A DNA stretch of 64,000 bases, from the NCBI GenBank assembly GCA_963677485.1, contig OY781964.1:3104001-3168000 (forward strand), given 5' to 3'. The DNA is from Armatimonadota bacterium (GTDB lineage Bacteria > Armatimonadota > HRBIN16). The position numbers were made by a program, and so were the translations under genes. Below are positions 29,766-40,549 of this stretch, piece by piece (within the stretch, counting starts at the first letter, position 1; each line of letters starts with the position of its first letter). The notes under the pieces were generated by a model. That model saw nothing but the letters and a program-made list of their open reading frames with translations. It was not told the DNA's origin and did no database searches.

Positions 29766-30440
29766 TTATTCGTCGCGGTATGGCTTCCCGCCGAGGTTGC
29801 GTATCTGCTCTGCGATGCCCTGTTGCACGCGCTGTGCGAAGGCCTCCATCACGTCGCCTTCTCCCTCAAAATGCTCGCTGAACTGCTGAAAGCTGATGGG
29901 TTTACCATAGCTGATGACCACCGGACGGGGGTAGAGATGGTTGTCGCCGGGCATCAGCGCATCGCGTGTGCCAACGATACCGGCAGGTACCACGGGTGCC
30001 CCGCTCATCTTTGCGATCATGGAGATGCCCTTCTGAATCGGCAGCAGATAACCGTCAGCACTGCGGGTGCCCTCGGAAAACAGGCATAGAATGTGGCCAC
30101 GGGTCAGCATCTCCACCGCATTCCGTATGGCTCGGCGGTCACCGCTATTCTGCTGCACGGGCATACACCCCGCCCGCCAGATGAAGTAGTTCACCACGGG
30201 CACCTCAAACAACTCAGCCTTGCCCAGGTAGGTCACGATCCTGTCGACCATACTGGCCGAAACAACCGGAGGGTCGATCATGCTGATGTGGTTAGGGGCC
30301 AGAATGCATGGGCCATTGGGCAGATTTTCCTTGCCCACCACTTTCATATGGTTCCACGGCCTCATCACAATCCAGAACAGGTGTCTTAGGAACCAGCTTC
30401 CAAGCGGAGTGACTCCGGGGGTGTTGTATTTAGGGTTCAT
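29766..30440 (-). CDS. plsC: 1-acyl-sn-glycerol-3-phosphate acyltransferase
   Basis: NHISMID (HxxxxD) and FSEGTRS motifs. Confidence 0.9.
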   Translation of the reverse strand: MNPKYNTPGVTPLGSWFLRHLFWIVMRPWNHMKVVGKENLPNGPCILAPNHISMIDPPVVSASMVDRIVTYLGKAELFEVPVVNYFIWRAGCMPVQQNSGDRRAIRNAVEMLTRGHILCLFSEGTRSADGYLLPIQKGISMIAKMSGAPVVPAGIVGTRDALMPGDNHLYPRPVVISYGKPISFQQFSEHFEGEGDVMEAFAQRVQQGIAEQIRNLGGKPYRDE

Positions 30441-31123
30441 TCTGCGGCCACCTCATTCCGACTGCTCCATATCGCCTTTATCTGCTCCACAACCTGCTCG
30501 ATACTCAGTCCATCCGTCATCACGGTGACCGCATCGGCTGCGGCGGCGAGTGGTGCGACTTCTCTCTGCGAGTCGCGCGAATCACGCTCACGCATCTCCT
30601 GTGCGATCTGCTCCAGACTCTGTGCAGTTCCCCGCCCTTGAAGCTCCAGGTGACGTCTGCGCGCCCGCTCCTCGGGGCTGGCATCAAGGAATATCTTCAC
30701 GCCCGCATTGGGAAACACTACGGTTCCGGTATCGCGGCCTTCGACCACAGTGCAGCCACGGTTGCCGATATCACGCTGCATCTGCAGCAGTGCCGCGCGC
30801 ACAGAGGGAAGGGCACTGACGATCGAAGCTGTTTGTGAAACCTCGGGTGTGCGGATGACGGATGTCACATCGGTGCCATCCAGCGTGACATGCTGGACAC
30901 CCTCACCCGGGGCGAAGCGAATCACAGCGCTCAGTGCGGCTTGAGCCACGGCGGCTTCGTCAGACAGATCGGTCTGGCTGCTCAACGCCTTCAAGGCCAC
31001 ACAGCGGTAGATGGCTCCGGTGTCTAAAAACTGGTAATTTAACTGGGTCGCCAGCAGACGTGCGATGGTGCTTTTACCCGCGCCAGCCGGTCCGTCGATC
31101 GTAATAATGGTGGTATCACTCAC
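30437..31123 (-). CDS. cmk: Cytidylate kinase
   Basis: IDGPAGAGKST, DTGAIYR and EGRDTGTVVFP motifs. Confidence 0.96.
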   Translation of the reverse strand: MSDTTIITIDGPAGAGKSTIARLLATQLNYQFLDTGAIYRCVALKALSSQTDLSDEAAVAQAALSAVIRFAPGEGVQHVTLDGTDVTSVIRTPEVSQTASIVSALPSVRAALLQMQRDIGNRGCTVVEGRDTGTVVFPNAGVKIFLDASPEERARRRHLELQGRGTAQSLEQIAQEMRERDSRDSQREVAPLAAAADAVTVMTDGLSIEQVVEQIKAIWSSRNEVAAE

Positions 31124-32421
31124 AGGCCATGAACCTCAATCTCAGCGATGCTGCTTAGCCGCTGCCAGTAGTCAGGGAAGGTCTTGTTGACACATTCCGC
31201 GCCTTCAATCACCACATCGGGCACACGAAGGCCTATCAACGAGAAGGCCATGGCTATACGGTGATCGTGGTAGGTCTTCACCGATCCGCCATGCAGCGTG
31301 CTGGGCCAGATTTTCAAACCGTCAGCATGCTCCTCCACCTTCGCACCGAGGGCCTTCAACTCCGTACAGACTGCGCTGATGCGGTCACACTCTTGCTTGC
31401 GGCTATGCTCTACCCCGCGTATCTCTACAGGGCTGCTGGCAAACGGCGCGATGGCGGCAAGGGTCAAGAATGTGTCCGAAATATCACCCATGTCCGCGTT
31501 GATGCCCTTCAACTGCCCAGATGCCCGCACATGCAGACCCAGATCATCGGCGGTGACAGAACACCCCATGGATGACAGCAGCTTCACAAACTGCACGTCG
31601 CCCTGCAGTGCATCCTGCGGTATGCCGGGAACGCAGACATCGCCGCCCGTCAACGCGGCCGCCGCCCAGAAGTAGCTGGCCGCGGTGGCATCGGGCTCCA
31701 CATTGTAGTGGCCGTTTGGGTGCATCGACGCGCGGTAACTCTGCCCGCACGGAATATTGATGGTGTGCCCCTGCCAGTCGGCCCGAACCCCGAACTGGTG
31801 CATCATGCTGAGTGTCATGTCCAGAAATGGCCTGGACACAATCGGACCTTCCAGCTTGATATGTGTGTCCCGCTGGGCATATGGTGCGGAGATCATAATT
31901 GCACTGATGAACTGGCTGCTGACCGCGCCGCGCATCGTCACCTCACCACCGAGCAACCCCAGTGCCTGGATCTTGATGGGCAGCACGCCCTCATTGTCCA
32001 GCTCCTCAATCACTGCTCCCAGACTGCGCAGCGTATCCAACAACTCGCCGATGGGCCGCTGGCGCATCCGCTCTACGCCGTCGATCTCGTAGCTGCCTTC
32101 ACCCAGGCAAACCGCGGCGGTTAAGAACCGTGCTGCGGTGCCGGCGTTTCCCACAAAAAGCTCCGCCTGGCTATACGGGATATGCCCACGCTGCCCTTGG
32201 ACGGTGATGAGCCCATCCTTCGTGCTGGAGGTCGGAATGCCCAGTGCCACCAGAGCCTCACGCATCACCTGCGTGTCTTCGCTGTGCAGCGCGCCATGGA
32301 GCTCCAGATAGCCGTCACTCAGTGCTGCCAGCAGCATGGCGCGGTTGGTGATGCTCTTGCTGCCGGGGACCTGCACGGTGGCTGTAATGGGCTGGGTCAC
32401 GGGGATGATTTTGACTTTCAT
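31120..32421 (-). CDS. aroA: 3-phosphoshikimate 1-carboxyvinyltransferase
   Basis: PGSKSITNR, GNAGTAARF, SSQF, QECDR and DHRIAM motifs. Confidence 0.96.
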   Translation of the reverse strand: MKVKIIPVTQPITATVQVPGSKSITNRAMLLAALSDGYLELHGALHSEDTQVMREALVALGIPTSSTKDGLITVQGQRGHIPYSQAELFVGNAGTAARFLTAAVCLGEGSYEIDGVERMRQRPIGELLDTLRSLGAVIEELDNEGVLPIKIQALGLLGGEVTMRGAVSSQFISAIMISAPYAQRDTHIKLEGPIVSRPFLDMTLSMMHQFGVRADWQGHTINIPCGQSYRASMHPNGHYNVEPDATAASYFWAAAALTGGDVCVPGIPQDALQGDVQFVKLLSSMGCSVTADDLGLHVRASGQLKGINADMGDISDTFLTLAAIAPFASSPVEIRGVEHSRKQECDRISAVCTELKALGAKVEEHADGLKIWPSTLHGGSVKTYHDHRIAMAFSLIGLRVPDVVIEGAECVNKTFPDYWQRLSSIAEIEVHGL

Positions 32422-33269
32422 TTCAGTCGAAGTGCCTCTTTACGAGCTTGCTGAGCCAGTGCGAACATATGCGCGATCGTCTCTTTGTCGCCGCGTTTGA
32501 CTGCATCGCGTACCTGCTCCAGTTGGATAATGAACTCCCCGATGGTGATGTCGATCTGCTGGGAGTTCATCTTGAAGATCGTGTGCCACAGATCAGCGGA
32601 GCTCTCCACCACCCGCGTGACATCGCGGAAGCTGCCCGCCGCCAATTTGGGGCATGGGCTTTGGCGCATGAGCGCACCCATCGCCAGCGCCAGAGCGTGC
32701 GGCAGATGTGAACTGATGGCCACCGACTTATCGTGCTTTTCGGGGCTGAGGATCACGGCCGTGGCGCCTAGCGCGCCCACCAGGCTCTGCATTTTGCGCA
32801 GGATTGGCTTGGGGGTGTTGTCATGTGGTGTCAAGGCCCAGGTGGCCCCCTCAAAAAGCGACTCTTTCGCGTATTCCACCCCGGTGTGTTCGCTTCCGGC
32901 CATGGGGTGCCCACCCAGGAACGACTGGTCCAGGCCCGCCTGAGAAGCCGCCTGCACGATGTTGCCTTTCACGCTGCCGACATCGGTGATGATCTGCCCC
33001 TCGGCCTCACGCTGCGGCCAGTTCAGCAGCGTCTGCACGATGTGATCCACCGGGCTGCATAAAACAATAAGGTCGCACTGGTAGGCGGATTCGTGCAGGG
33101 AGAGGGTCTGGTCTATCGCGCCCAGTTGCTGGCAGAGGGCCATCCGCTCAGGATTTCGGCCGATTCCGCTTACCTTATCGGCCAGCCCCCAGTTGCGGAG
33201 TGCGAGCCCCAGCGATCCGCCGATCAGCCCTACCCCGTAGATGCCGACATGCTCAAACAGCGCGCTCAT
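32418..33269 (-). CDS. tyrA: Prephenate/arogenate dehydrogenase
   Basis: GVGLIGGS, DVGSVK, GHPMAGSE, SHLPH and SFRDVTR motifs. Confidence 0.92.
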   Translation of the reverse strand: MSALFEHVGIYGVGLIGGSLGLALRNWGLADKVSGIGRNPERMALCQQLGAIDQTLSLHESAYQCDLIVLCSPVDHIVQTLLNWPQREAEGQIITDVGSVKGNIVQAASQAGLDQSFLGGHPMAGSEHTGVEYAKESLFEGATWALTPHDNTPKPILRKMQSLVGALGATAVILSPEKHDKSVAISSHLPHALALAMGALMRQSPCPKLAAGSFRDVTRVVESSADLWHTIFKMNSQQIDITIGEFIIQLEQVRDAVKRGDKETIAHMFALAQQARKEALRLK

Positions 33270-34300
33270 GAGCTGGCCTTCAGACTGCGCCCCACAGCCG
33301 TGGCCACGGGAGCGAGTTTCTGCAGCATCTGCTCAAACGCCTTGAAGCTAAGGGACTGCGCCCCGTCGTTCAGTGCCGTCTCTGGGCTGGGATGCACCTC
33401 CACCAGCAGACCGTCGGCGCCGGCCGCCACTGCCGCCATGCTCAAGGGGGTCACCATATTGGCCCGCCCGGTCGCATGCGATGGATCGGCGATCACCGGA
33501 AGGTGACTGAGCTGCCTGGCGGCAATCAGGGCACTGATATCAAAGATGTTGCGAGTGTAGGTTTCAAAGCTGCGGACACCACGCTCGCAGAGGATGATCT
33601 GGAAATTCCCGCGCAACGCGATATACTCGGCAGCTAACAGCCACTCCTCGATCAGCGAGGCCCAGCCGCGTTCCAAAACCACTGGCTTGCCAGTGCGGCC
33701 GACTTCCTGCAGCAGCGCGAAATTGGTCATGTTGCGGGTGCCGATCTGCAATATGTCGCTGTATTGCGAGACCATCTCCACATCGCGGGTGTCCATCACT
33801 TCTGTGATCACGGGCATGTTCAGCTCTTTACCCACCTGCGCCAGCATCTTCAATCCTGCCTGGCCCAAGCCGTGGAATGAATAAGGGCTGGTGCTGGGTT
33901 TGAAAGCCCCGCCGCGCAGCACATTCGCGCCCGCACTCTGCACAGCCACGGCGGTGTCACGCAGCATCTGCTCATTTTCTATGGTGCAGGGGCCAGCCAT
34001 CACCACCAGTTGTCCTCCGCCGATGCAGACATCCTTCACTTGAACCTGGCTGCCCTCTGGCGCAAACGCGCGGCCCACCATCTTATAAGGCTTCGAAATG
34101 ATCACCACACGGTCGACATACGGCAGCGCGTTCAACTGCTCAGCGAGGTTCTGCTTGTCCTCATCCACCGCGCCGATGCAGCCTACCACGGTGTGCTCCA
34201 CCCCGCGCGAGATGTGGATGTCCAGCCCGCGGCCTTCCAGGAAGGTCGTGAGCGAACCGATCTGCGCCTCACCCGCACCGCTGTTCAACACGATGATCAT
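33266..34300 (-). CDS. aroF: Type I-beta DAHP synthase with N-terminal ACT-like domain (divergent active site)
   Basis: MIIVL start; AGPC, LRGGAFKPSTSPYSF, DPSH, EVHP and DGAQSL motifs; first gene of the aro operon. Confidence 0.9.
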   Translation of the reverse strand: MIIVLNSGAGEAQIGSLTTFLEGRGLDIHISRGVEHTVVGCIGAVDEDKQNLAEQLNALPYVDRVVIISKPYKMVGRAFAPEGSQVQVKDVCIGGGQLVVMAGPCTIENEQMLRDTAVAVQSAGANVLRGGAFKPSTSPYSFHGLGQAGLKMLAQVGKELNMPVITEVMDTRDVEMVSQYSDILQIGTRNMTNFALLQEVGRTGKPVVLERGWASLIEEWLLAAEYIALRGNFQIILCERGVRSFETYTRNIFDISALIAARQLSHLPVIADPSHATGRANMVTPLSMAAVAAGADGLLVEVHPSPETALNDGAQSLSFKAFEQMLQKLAPVATAVGRSLKASS

Positions 34301-34567
34301 GTCAAGCCTCCAAATTAGCGATTTTTCGCACAATAACATTGTAGCATGAGGGGGTATTTTGAACGCCCGCAGCAGTAGATCGGCCTTTCGCTGGTGCTCA
34401 CCCAATTGCCGGGAATATGCAATGATCACCGATGCCGCGACATAAATGTCTCGGCTTCGGTGATTTCGGGCCTCGCTTATACTCATGGTTAGTTGGCTGC
34501 TCTCTCCCCCATCCCCACGACATAGTACAATGTAGTTGAAGATAAACTCGCAAGGATTACGACTAAC

Positions 34568-35554
34568 ATGATCACCACAGTAGACTGCCTGCCGTGTATG
34601 CTCAGGCAGACGATCGATGCCGCACGGATGACGGGTCAGCCTGAGCACAGACTGCAGCCATTCGCCACCGAGATACTGGCTGAAATGACGAAGATGGACC
34701 CCAGCCAGGCCCCACCCACCTATGCCGCCCACTTGCACCGCATGGTGCGGGAACGGCTGCGATGTGCCGACCCCTTTGCAGCCATCAAAGCGCAGAGCAA
34801 CGCTCTGGCGCAGTCGGTGATACCGGCTGTCCAGAGGCTGATCCGTGAGAGTGCTTCCCCCTTTGAAACCGCGGTGAGGCTGGCCATCGGAGGCAACATC
34901 ATTGATTATGGTGCCACCTCCGGCCCTGACGATGAAAAGATACTGCAAACACTGCGTGACGTGGTCAACGCGCCCCTTCCGAACGGCGCCATCGTCCGGT
35001 TTGAGCGGGCCATCGCCGAGGCTGAGAGCATCCTCTACATCGGTGACAACGCCGGTGAGATTTTCTTCGACCGCGAGCTGATCGCGTTGATGCCCACTGA
35101 GAAGATCACCTTCAGCGTGCGCGGCGGGCCGATCCTGAACGATGTCACAATGGCCGATGCGGAGCTGGCGGGCATCACCAGCCTGGTGCCGGTGATTGAC
35201 AACGGCTTCGACGGTCCAGGCTGCGACCTTCCTTATTGCAGTGAGGTGTTTCAGAAGGCGTTTGCGGAGGCCAACCTTGTGATCAGCAAAGGACAGGGTA
35301 ACCTTGAGACGCTGCACGACGCACCCGGGCAGATCGCATTTCTGTTCATGGTGAAATGCCCTGTGGTGAGCCGTATGGTCAAGCTGCCGTTAGGCAGCCT
35401 GCAGCTCATGATGTCGGCGGTGGAACGCAGACGGGATGCTGGCCGCCAGATGTATCCTGCGACATCACAGAATACATCCAACAAGCAGCCTAAGCTGGAT
35501 GACAGTACATCCGAGCATATAGAGATGGTTACGCCAACCCGGCATACCTCTTGA
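34568..35554 (+). CDS. DUF89/ARMT1-like damage-control phosphatase
   Basis: CLPC, GNIIDYG, DNAGEIFFD, PILND, SKGQGN and KC motifs. Confidence 0.9.
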   Translation: MITTVDCLPCMLRQTIDAARMTGQPEHRLQPFATEILAEMTKMDPSQAPPTYAAHLHRMVRERLRCADPFAAIKAQSNALAQSVIPAVQRLIRESASPFETAVRLAIGGNIIDYGATSGPDDEKILQTLRDVVNAPLPNGAIVRFERAIAEAESILYIGDNAGEIFFDRELIALMPTEKITFSVRGGPILNDVTMADAELAGITSLVPVIDNGFDGPGCDLPYCSEVFQKAFAEANLVISKGQGNLETLHDAPGQIAFLFMVKCPVVSRMVKLPLGSLQLMMSAVERRRDAGRQMYPATSQNTSNKQPKLDDSTSEHIEMVTPTRHTS

Positions 35555-36401
35555 GGTTCGCAAGGCCGGCTTCCAGTGCGGTGAGATTGTCTTCCATACC
35601 TTCAAACTCAATCGACAGGTAGCCATCGTAGCCGGCTTCCTGAAGCAGTTTGATGCAGCCCTTGATATCCACATTGCCGTGGCCCACGATGGCCCCACGC
35701 AGAGGGGTTCCGCCACGACTCTTGAACCAGCCCGCACCAGGATCGGCACCGATGGCCTTAATGTGGAAGTCCTTGGCATGAACATGGAAGGCGTATTTCG
35801 CCATGCGGCTGACGGCAATCAACGGCTCCTCGTCAGCGCACAGGAAGTTACCCATGTCCACTAGTGCCCCGAAGTTGGGGTTCCCCACGGTGTTGATCAG
35901 GTTCTCCACGCGGTCACTGTCCTGGAAGAAGAAGCCGTGGTTCTCGATCATCGTCTGCACGCCTTTGTCGGTGGCATACTCGGTGACACCGCGGTAACCA
36001 CGTGCCACGATGGGCAGGGCCTCGAAATAGTCAGCCAGACCATTCGCACGCCCCTTGAACCCGCCGGTCGCATCGTGCCGCATCTTCGGTGCGCCCAGGG
36101 CCACGGCGACGTCCACCTCGCCGCGCAATCGAGCGATTTCGTCTTCCACATCGCCGTGCGGAGGGTTCAGGAAGTCCGCGCCGATGGTCCAGCTCATCAC
36201 GTCCAGATTGACCTGGGCGCAGGCCTCTTTGATTCGTTTCGCCAACTCGATGGCCTTCTGACCGTCACAGCCTGGGTAGAACCCGGCGAACTCGATGCCC
36301 GAAAACCCCATCTGCGCCGCGGCGTTGATCACGCCGAACATATCGAGCTTCTCTTCGGACATATACCTTTGGAAGCTATAACTGCTGACACCTATCTTCA
36401 T
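35529..36401 (-). CDS. Sugar phosphate isomerase/epimerase (TIM barrel)
   Basis: IENHG, DMGNF, HVHAKD and SIEFEG metal ligands. Confidence 0.88.
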   Translation of the reverse strand: MKIGVSSYSFQRYMSEEKLDMFGVINAAAQMGFSGIEFAGFYPGCDGQKAIELAKRIKEACAQVNLDVMSWTIGADFLNPPHGDVEDEIARLRGEVDVAVALGAPKMRHDATGGFKGRANGLADYFEALPIVARGYRGVTEYATDKGVQTMIENHGFFFQDSDRVENLINTVGNPNFGALVDMGNFLCADEEPLIAVSRMAKYAFHVHAKDFHIKAIGADPGAGWFKSRGGTPLRGAIVGHGNVDIKGCIKLLQEAGYDGYLSIEFEGMEDNLTALEAGLANLKRYAGLA

Positions 36402-36559
36402 TTGGAATCTCCTTACGAATGCAAACTAACATATCATTCCACATGAGTGGCCCAGAAACCTGCAATCACATTGATATATTTGTTATATACGGCTACAATG
36501 AGCAACGAACCAGAGATTTGAAACGCATGTACCAAGGCTTCCATATTTGAGGGGAACAG

Positions 36560-39055
36560 ATGATCGCATTGCGCACTCACATGACTCTTGCGGCTGCGGC
36601 CGCATCCTGCATCGCCGGAGCGGCCTGTGCCAGCGCTCCAAACACGGCTGAGCTGCAGCTAGCCAAACGATGGGTCGAAAGCCGGTTCGAGGGAAAAGTA
36701 GCCATCCAGCGCGAACAGGGGCTGCTGGTACTGGCTAACAACGACCCCGTGCAGCGCAACGAGCGGAACGGGGCCCCCATGAAGATCGGCGAGACCCAGT
36801 ATACGCGTGGCCTCTATTGCCATGCCAACAGCAAGGTCGTGGTCAAACTGCCCTCACCCGGTGCAACATTTACCTCAGTGGTGGGGGTCGATGCTGCGGC
36901 ACCTCCCGGCACGGTGGTGTTTTCGGTGGTGTTGAATGGCCAGACCGCCTTTAAGTCGCCGCTGATGAAGGGAACCACCCCTGCATTACCTGTGAAGGTG
37001 GATCTGAAGGGTGCCACCGAGTTTACGCTGGAAGTGGGCGATGGCGGTGATAACATCGCATGGGATCAGTCTGACTGGGCCGACGCGAAGGTCACCTTGG
37101 CGGATGGCAAAGAGATTTGGTTGGGTGACATGCCATTTCTGGGTTCCTGGGGATCGACAGAGACAAGCGATGCCTTCTTCTCATTCGATCTCGACGGCAA
37201 GCCGTCCAGTAGCTTTATATCAAAGTGGAAGCTCACGCGAAAAAAGAGATCATTGGACGCCAACCGAACGGAGCATGTGCAGACCTATACAGACCCCTCG
37301 ACAGGCCTGCAGGCGCGAACGGTCGGTATCCAATACCACGACTACCCCACGGTGGAGTGGACCCTCTACCTAAAGAACACAGGTACCAAAGATACGCCGG
37401 TCATATCCAACATCCGCAGCCTTGATATGGGGCTGCAGCGCGATACCGGCTCGGAATATGCGCTGCACCTGAACAAGGGCAGTGAGACCGGTGTAGAGGA
37501 CTACCGGCCCCTCACGATGGAGCTCAAACAGCCGCTCACCACCATCGCCGCCAGCAACGGTCGTCCCACAGAGGCATATGCTCCCTACTTCAACATCGAC
37601 TGGGGCGGCCAAGGACTCATCATGGTGCTGGGGTGGCCTGGGCAGTGGAGCGCTCAGTTCATGCGAGACAGCAGCACCGGGTTGCGCGTCTGCGCCGGAC
37701 AGGAACTGACCAACCTCAAGCTGCATCCTGGCGAGGAAATTCGTGCCCCGCTGGTGGTGCTGCAGTTCTGGAGCGGCGGCGACTGGATCAGGGCGCAGAA
37801 CGTCTGGCGGCGATGGATGGTCGCGCACAGCCTGCCCCGGCCTGGCGGCCAACTGCCCCCAAATCATCTAGCAGCTTGCAGTTCGCATCAGTGTGCTGAG
37901 ATGCAGAACGCCACGAGCGAAAACCAGAAAATGTTCATCGACCGTTATTTAGAGGAGAAGCTGCCTCTTGACTACTGGTGGATGGATGCAGGATGGTATA
38001 CCAACTACGGTTCGTGGATGAACACCGGCACATGGGATGTGGACCTTAAGCGGTTCCCAGGCGGTCTGCGTTCTATCAGCGACCACGCCCATGCTAAGGG
38101 TGTGAAGACGATCGTCTGGTTTGAACCGGAGTGCGTCACTCCCTCTACCTGGCTGGCTGATAACCACCCAGACTGGGTGCTGGGTCCAAAGGACTGGACT
38201 AAGATGGGCCACGACAACGCCGGCGCCTGGTGTCTGCTGAACCTGGGTAATCCAGATGCGCGTAATTGGCTGACCAACATGCTCGATACCACCATCAATG
38301 AGCAGGGGATTGACCTCTACCGTCAAGATTTCCGCCTGGGCCCGATCGGTGCCTGGCGGGCAAACGACACAAAAGAGCGTCAGGGGATCACGGAGATACG
38401 GCACTGCGAAGGCTATCTGGCCAACTGGGACGAATTGCGTAGGCTACATCCCAACATGCTGATTGACTCCTGCGCGGCTGGCGGCCGACGCAACGAGCTG
38501 GAGGCGATGCGCCGCGCAGTACCGCTGCTTCGCAGTGATTATATCCTTGAGCCGGTGGGCAACCAGTGTCACACCTATGGCATCTCACTCTGGCTGCCGT
38601 TGTATGGCACCGCGGTGAACTGCTCCGACGCCTATGGTTTCCGCAGTGTGATGACGCCCATGTTGAACGCGTGCTACGATATGCGCAACCCCAACCTGGA
38701 CTACAACAGCATCCGTAAGCTGATGGGGCAATGGAAGTCCGTCTCGGGGTATATGCTGGGCGACTACTACCCATTGACACCTTACACAACCGAGCGGCAT
38801 CTATGGATCGCATGGCAGTTTGACAAACCGGAGACGGGTGAAGGGATGGTCCAGGCCTTCCGCCGCGACCAGAGCTACTACACGTCCACATCGTTCAGCC
38901 TGCGAGGTTTGGAAGCAGACGCCAGCTACACCGTCACAGACCTGGACACTGGCGGCACCAGCGTACACACAGGTAAAGAGCTGATGGAGAAGGGGCTGGA
39001 CATCGCCATCGCCGCCAAACCCGGTTCCGCGTTGATCGTGTATAAGAAGAACTGA
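36560..39055 (+). CDS. GH36 alpha-galactosidase-like enzyme with NPCBM/NEW2 domain
   Basis: Signal peptide; NPCBM segment (GLYCHANS...DQSDWADAK); WMDAGW, WFEPE, RQDF and DSCAAGGRR motifs. Confidence 0.88.
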   Translation: MIALRTHMTLAAAAASCIAGAACASAPNTAELQLAKRWVESRFEGKVAIQREQGLLVLANNDPVQRNERNGAPMKIGETQYTRGLYCHANSKVVVKLPSPGATFTSVVGVDAAAPPGTVVFSVVLNGQTAFKSPLMKGTTPALPVKVDLKGATEFTLEVGDGGDNIAWDQSDWADAKVTLADGKEIWLGDMPFLGSWGSTETSDAFFSFDLDGKPSSSFISKWKLTRKKRSLDANRTEHVQTYTDPSTGLQARTVGIQYHDYPTVEWTLYLKNTGTKDTPVISNIRSLDMGLQRDTGSEYALHLNKGSETGVEDYRPLTMELKQPLTTIAASNGRPTEAYAPYFNIDWGGQGLIMVLGWPGQWSAQFMRDSSTGLRVCAGQELTNLKLHPGEEIRAPLVVLQFWSGGDWIRAQNVWRRWMVAHSLPRPGGQLPPNHLAACSSHQCAEMQNATSENQKMFIDRYLEEKLPLDYWWMDAGWYTNYGSWMNTGTWDVDLKRFPGGLRSISDHAHAKGVKTIVWFEPECVTPSTWLADNHPDWVLGPKDWTKMGHDNAGAWCLLNLGNPDARNWLTNMLDTTINEQGIDLYRQDFRLGPIGAWRANDTKERQGITEIRHCEGYLANWDELRRLHPNMLIDSCAAGGRRNELEAMRRAVPLLRSDYILEPVGNQCHTYGISLWLPLYGTAVNCSDAYGFRSVMTPMLNACYDMRNPNLDYNSIRKLMGQWKSVSGYMLGDYYPLTPYTTERHLWIAWQFDKPETGEGMVQAFRRDQSYYTSTSFSLRGLEADASYTVTDLDTGGTSVHTGKELMEKGLDIAIAAKPGSALIVYKKN

Positions 39056-39095
39056 ACGCAACTGATCGGATAGTCGCCGCATTCTGTATATGGCT

Positions 39096-39134
39096 TGCCA
39101 TGGTTTATGAGATATATTCTCATAAACCATGGCA
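39096..39134. repeat. Perfect 17-bp inverted repeat upstream of the rloA-like gene
   Basis: tgccatggtttatgaga-tatat-tctcataaaccatggca. Confidence 0.85.
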
Positions 39135-39196
39135 TTATGATCATATTGCGCATATAATATGCATACTAATGCGTATTTACCGCATAATCGGGTGAA

Positions 39197-40549
39197 ATGA
39201 TGCTCATCAGCTTCTCACTAGAAAACTGGATGTCCTTTCAAAATAAGGTCACCTTATCTATGATCGCCAGCAGGGAGCGTCAACATGGAGACCGAGTCGC
39301 AAAACTACCCAAGTTCCAAACTCGCATTCTTCCGATCACCGCCATATACGGCGGCAACGCGTCAGGCAAGACCAACTTGTTCAAGGCCTTGAATTTCGCG
39401 AAATGGTTGGTCGTCAGGGGCACACAGCCCGATAGCTACATCCCTGTTGAACCATACCGGAATAACAATCACCGAGCTGAGCAGCCATCTCGGTTTAGTT
39501 TCGTGATATTCGTTGACGAAGTCATTTATGATTATAGTTTTACGGTCACTCGGAGAGCTGTGCTGGAAGAGAAGCTGGTCATAATCACCAGCACCAGAGA
39601 GAGGGTGCTGTATCATCGGATTGACGGAAAACCGAACTTTGATGACGCGATTAAATCTAACCAGTTTCTCAATTTCGCCTTTAACGGCACCCGTGATAAC
39701 CAGCTTTTTTTGACCAACTCGGTGTCTCAAAAAGTCGACGACTTCCGACCTGTATACGACTGGTTCAAGAACTCTCTCGAACTGGTTGCGCCAGACTCAC
39801 GATTTGAACCCTTCGAACTGTTCCTAGATGAGACCAATCCTCTCTACGCCACTATGAACGAGATACTGCCCCTTCTTGACACTGGGATCACCCACCTGGG
39901 AGGAGAGGCTGTCCCATTTGACAGCTTGCCAATTCCAGTATCGTTGAAGTCGAAACTCATGGAAGATATCGCCGAAGGTATGTCCGGTCGGATCAGTTTG
40001 GACTCAGATAATGAGCGGTTTGTGATCACCCGTAAAGATGGCGATTTGGTCGCACAGAAGATGGTGACATATCATCCCAAAGTCGGTGGCGACGATATTA
40101 AATTTGAGGTAAAACAGGAATCGGACGGCACACTACGCGTGATCGATCTGTTGCCAGCTTTTCTTGAGCTCTCAGCGAAACTATCAAAGAAGGTCTACGT
40201 GATAGACGAGCTTGATCGCAGTCTGCACACCTTGCTCACACGAAAACTACTGGAGTATTACTTAGGCAGTTGCTCAGGAACCACAAGGTCGCAGCTGCTT
40301 TTCACTACACATGATGTATTGTTGATGGACCAGCAACTGTTGCGCCGTGACGAGATGTGGATTGCCGAACGAGACGTCGCAGGTGCCTCCACACTATTAT
40401 CGTTCGCCGAATATAAAGATGTGCGATACGACAAGGATATACGAAAAAGCTACCTGCAGGGACGGTTAGGTGGGATACCCAGGATTTGGCTAGGAGATAC
40501 CATGAACACCTCAGATAGACTCCTCGAAAGCGAAAGTGATAAAGAGTGA
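39197..40549 (+). CDS. rloA: AAA_21-type ATPase (RloA/AbiLi-like)
   Basis: Walker [15 protein letters not shown] signature, [14 protein letters not shown] and [10 protein letters not shown] motifs. Confidence 0.85.
   Translation: MMLISFSLENWMSFQNKVTLSMIASRERQHGDRVAKLPKFQTRILPITAIYGGNASGKTNLFKALNFAKWLVVRGTQPDSYIPVEPYRNNNHRAEQPSRFSFVIFVDEVIYDYSFTVTRRAVLEEKLVIITSTRERVLYHRIDGKPNFDDAIKSNQFLNFAFNGTRDNQLFLTNSVSQKVDDFRPVYDWFKNSLELVAPDSRFEPFELFLDETNPLYATMNEILPLLDTGITHLGGEAVPFDSLPIPVSLKSKLMEDIAEGMSGRISLDSDNERFVITRKDGDLVAQKMVTYHPKVGGDDIKFEVKQESDGTLRVIDLLPAFLELSAKLSKKVYVIDELDRSLHTLLTRKLLEYYLGSCSGTTRSQLLFTTHDVLLMDQQLLRRDEMWIAERDVAGASTLLSFAEYKDVRYDKDIRKSYLQGRLGGIPRIWLGDTMNTSDRLLESESDKE

Noticed and set aside
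33266-35317. 683-aa ORF suggesting an N-terminally extended DAHP synthase
   Set aside because: The extension is the antisense shadow of the DUF89 gene; the real start is MIIVL at 34300 with a GGAGG RBS.
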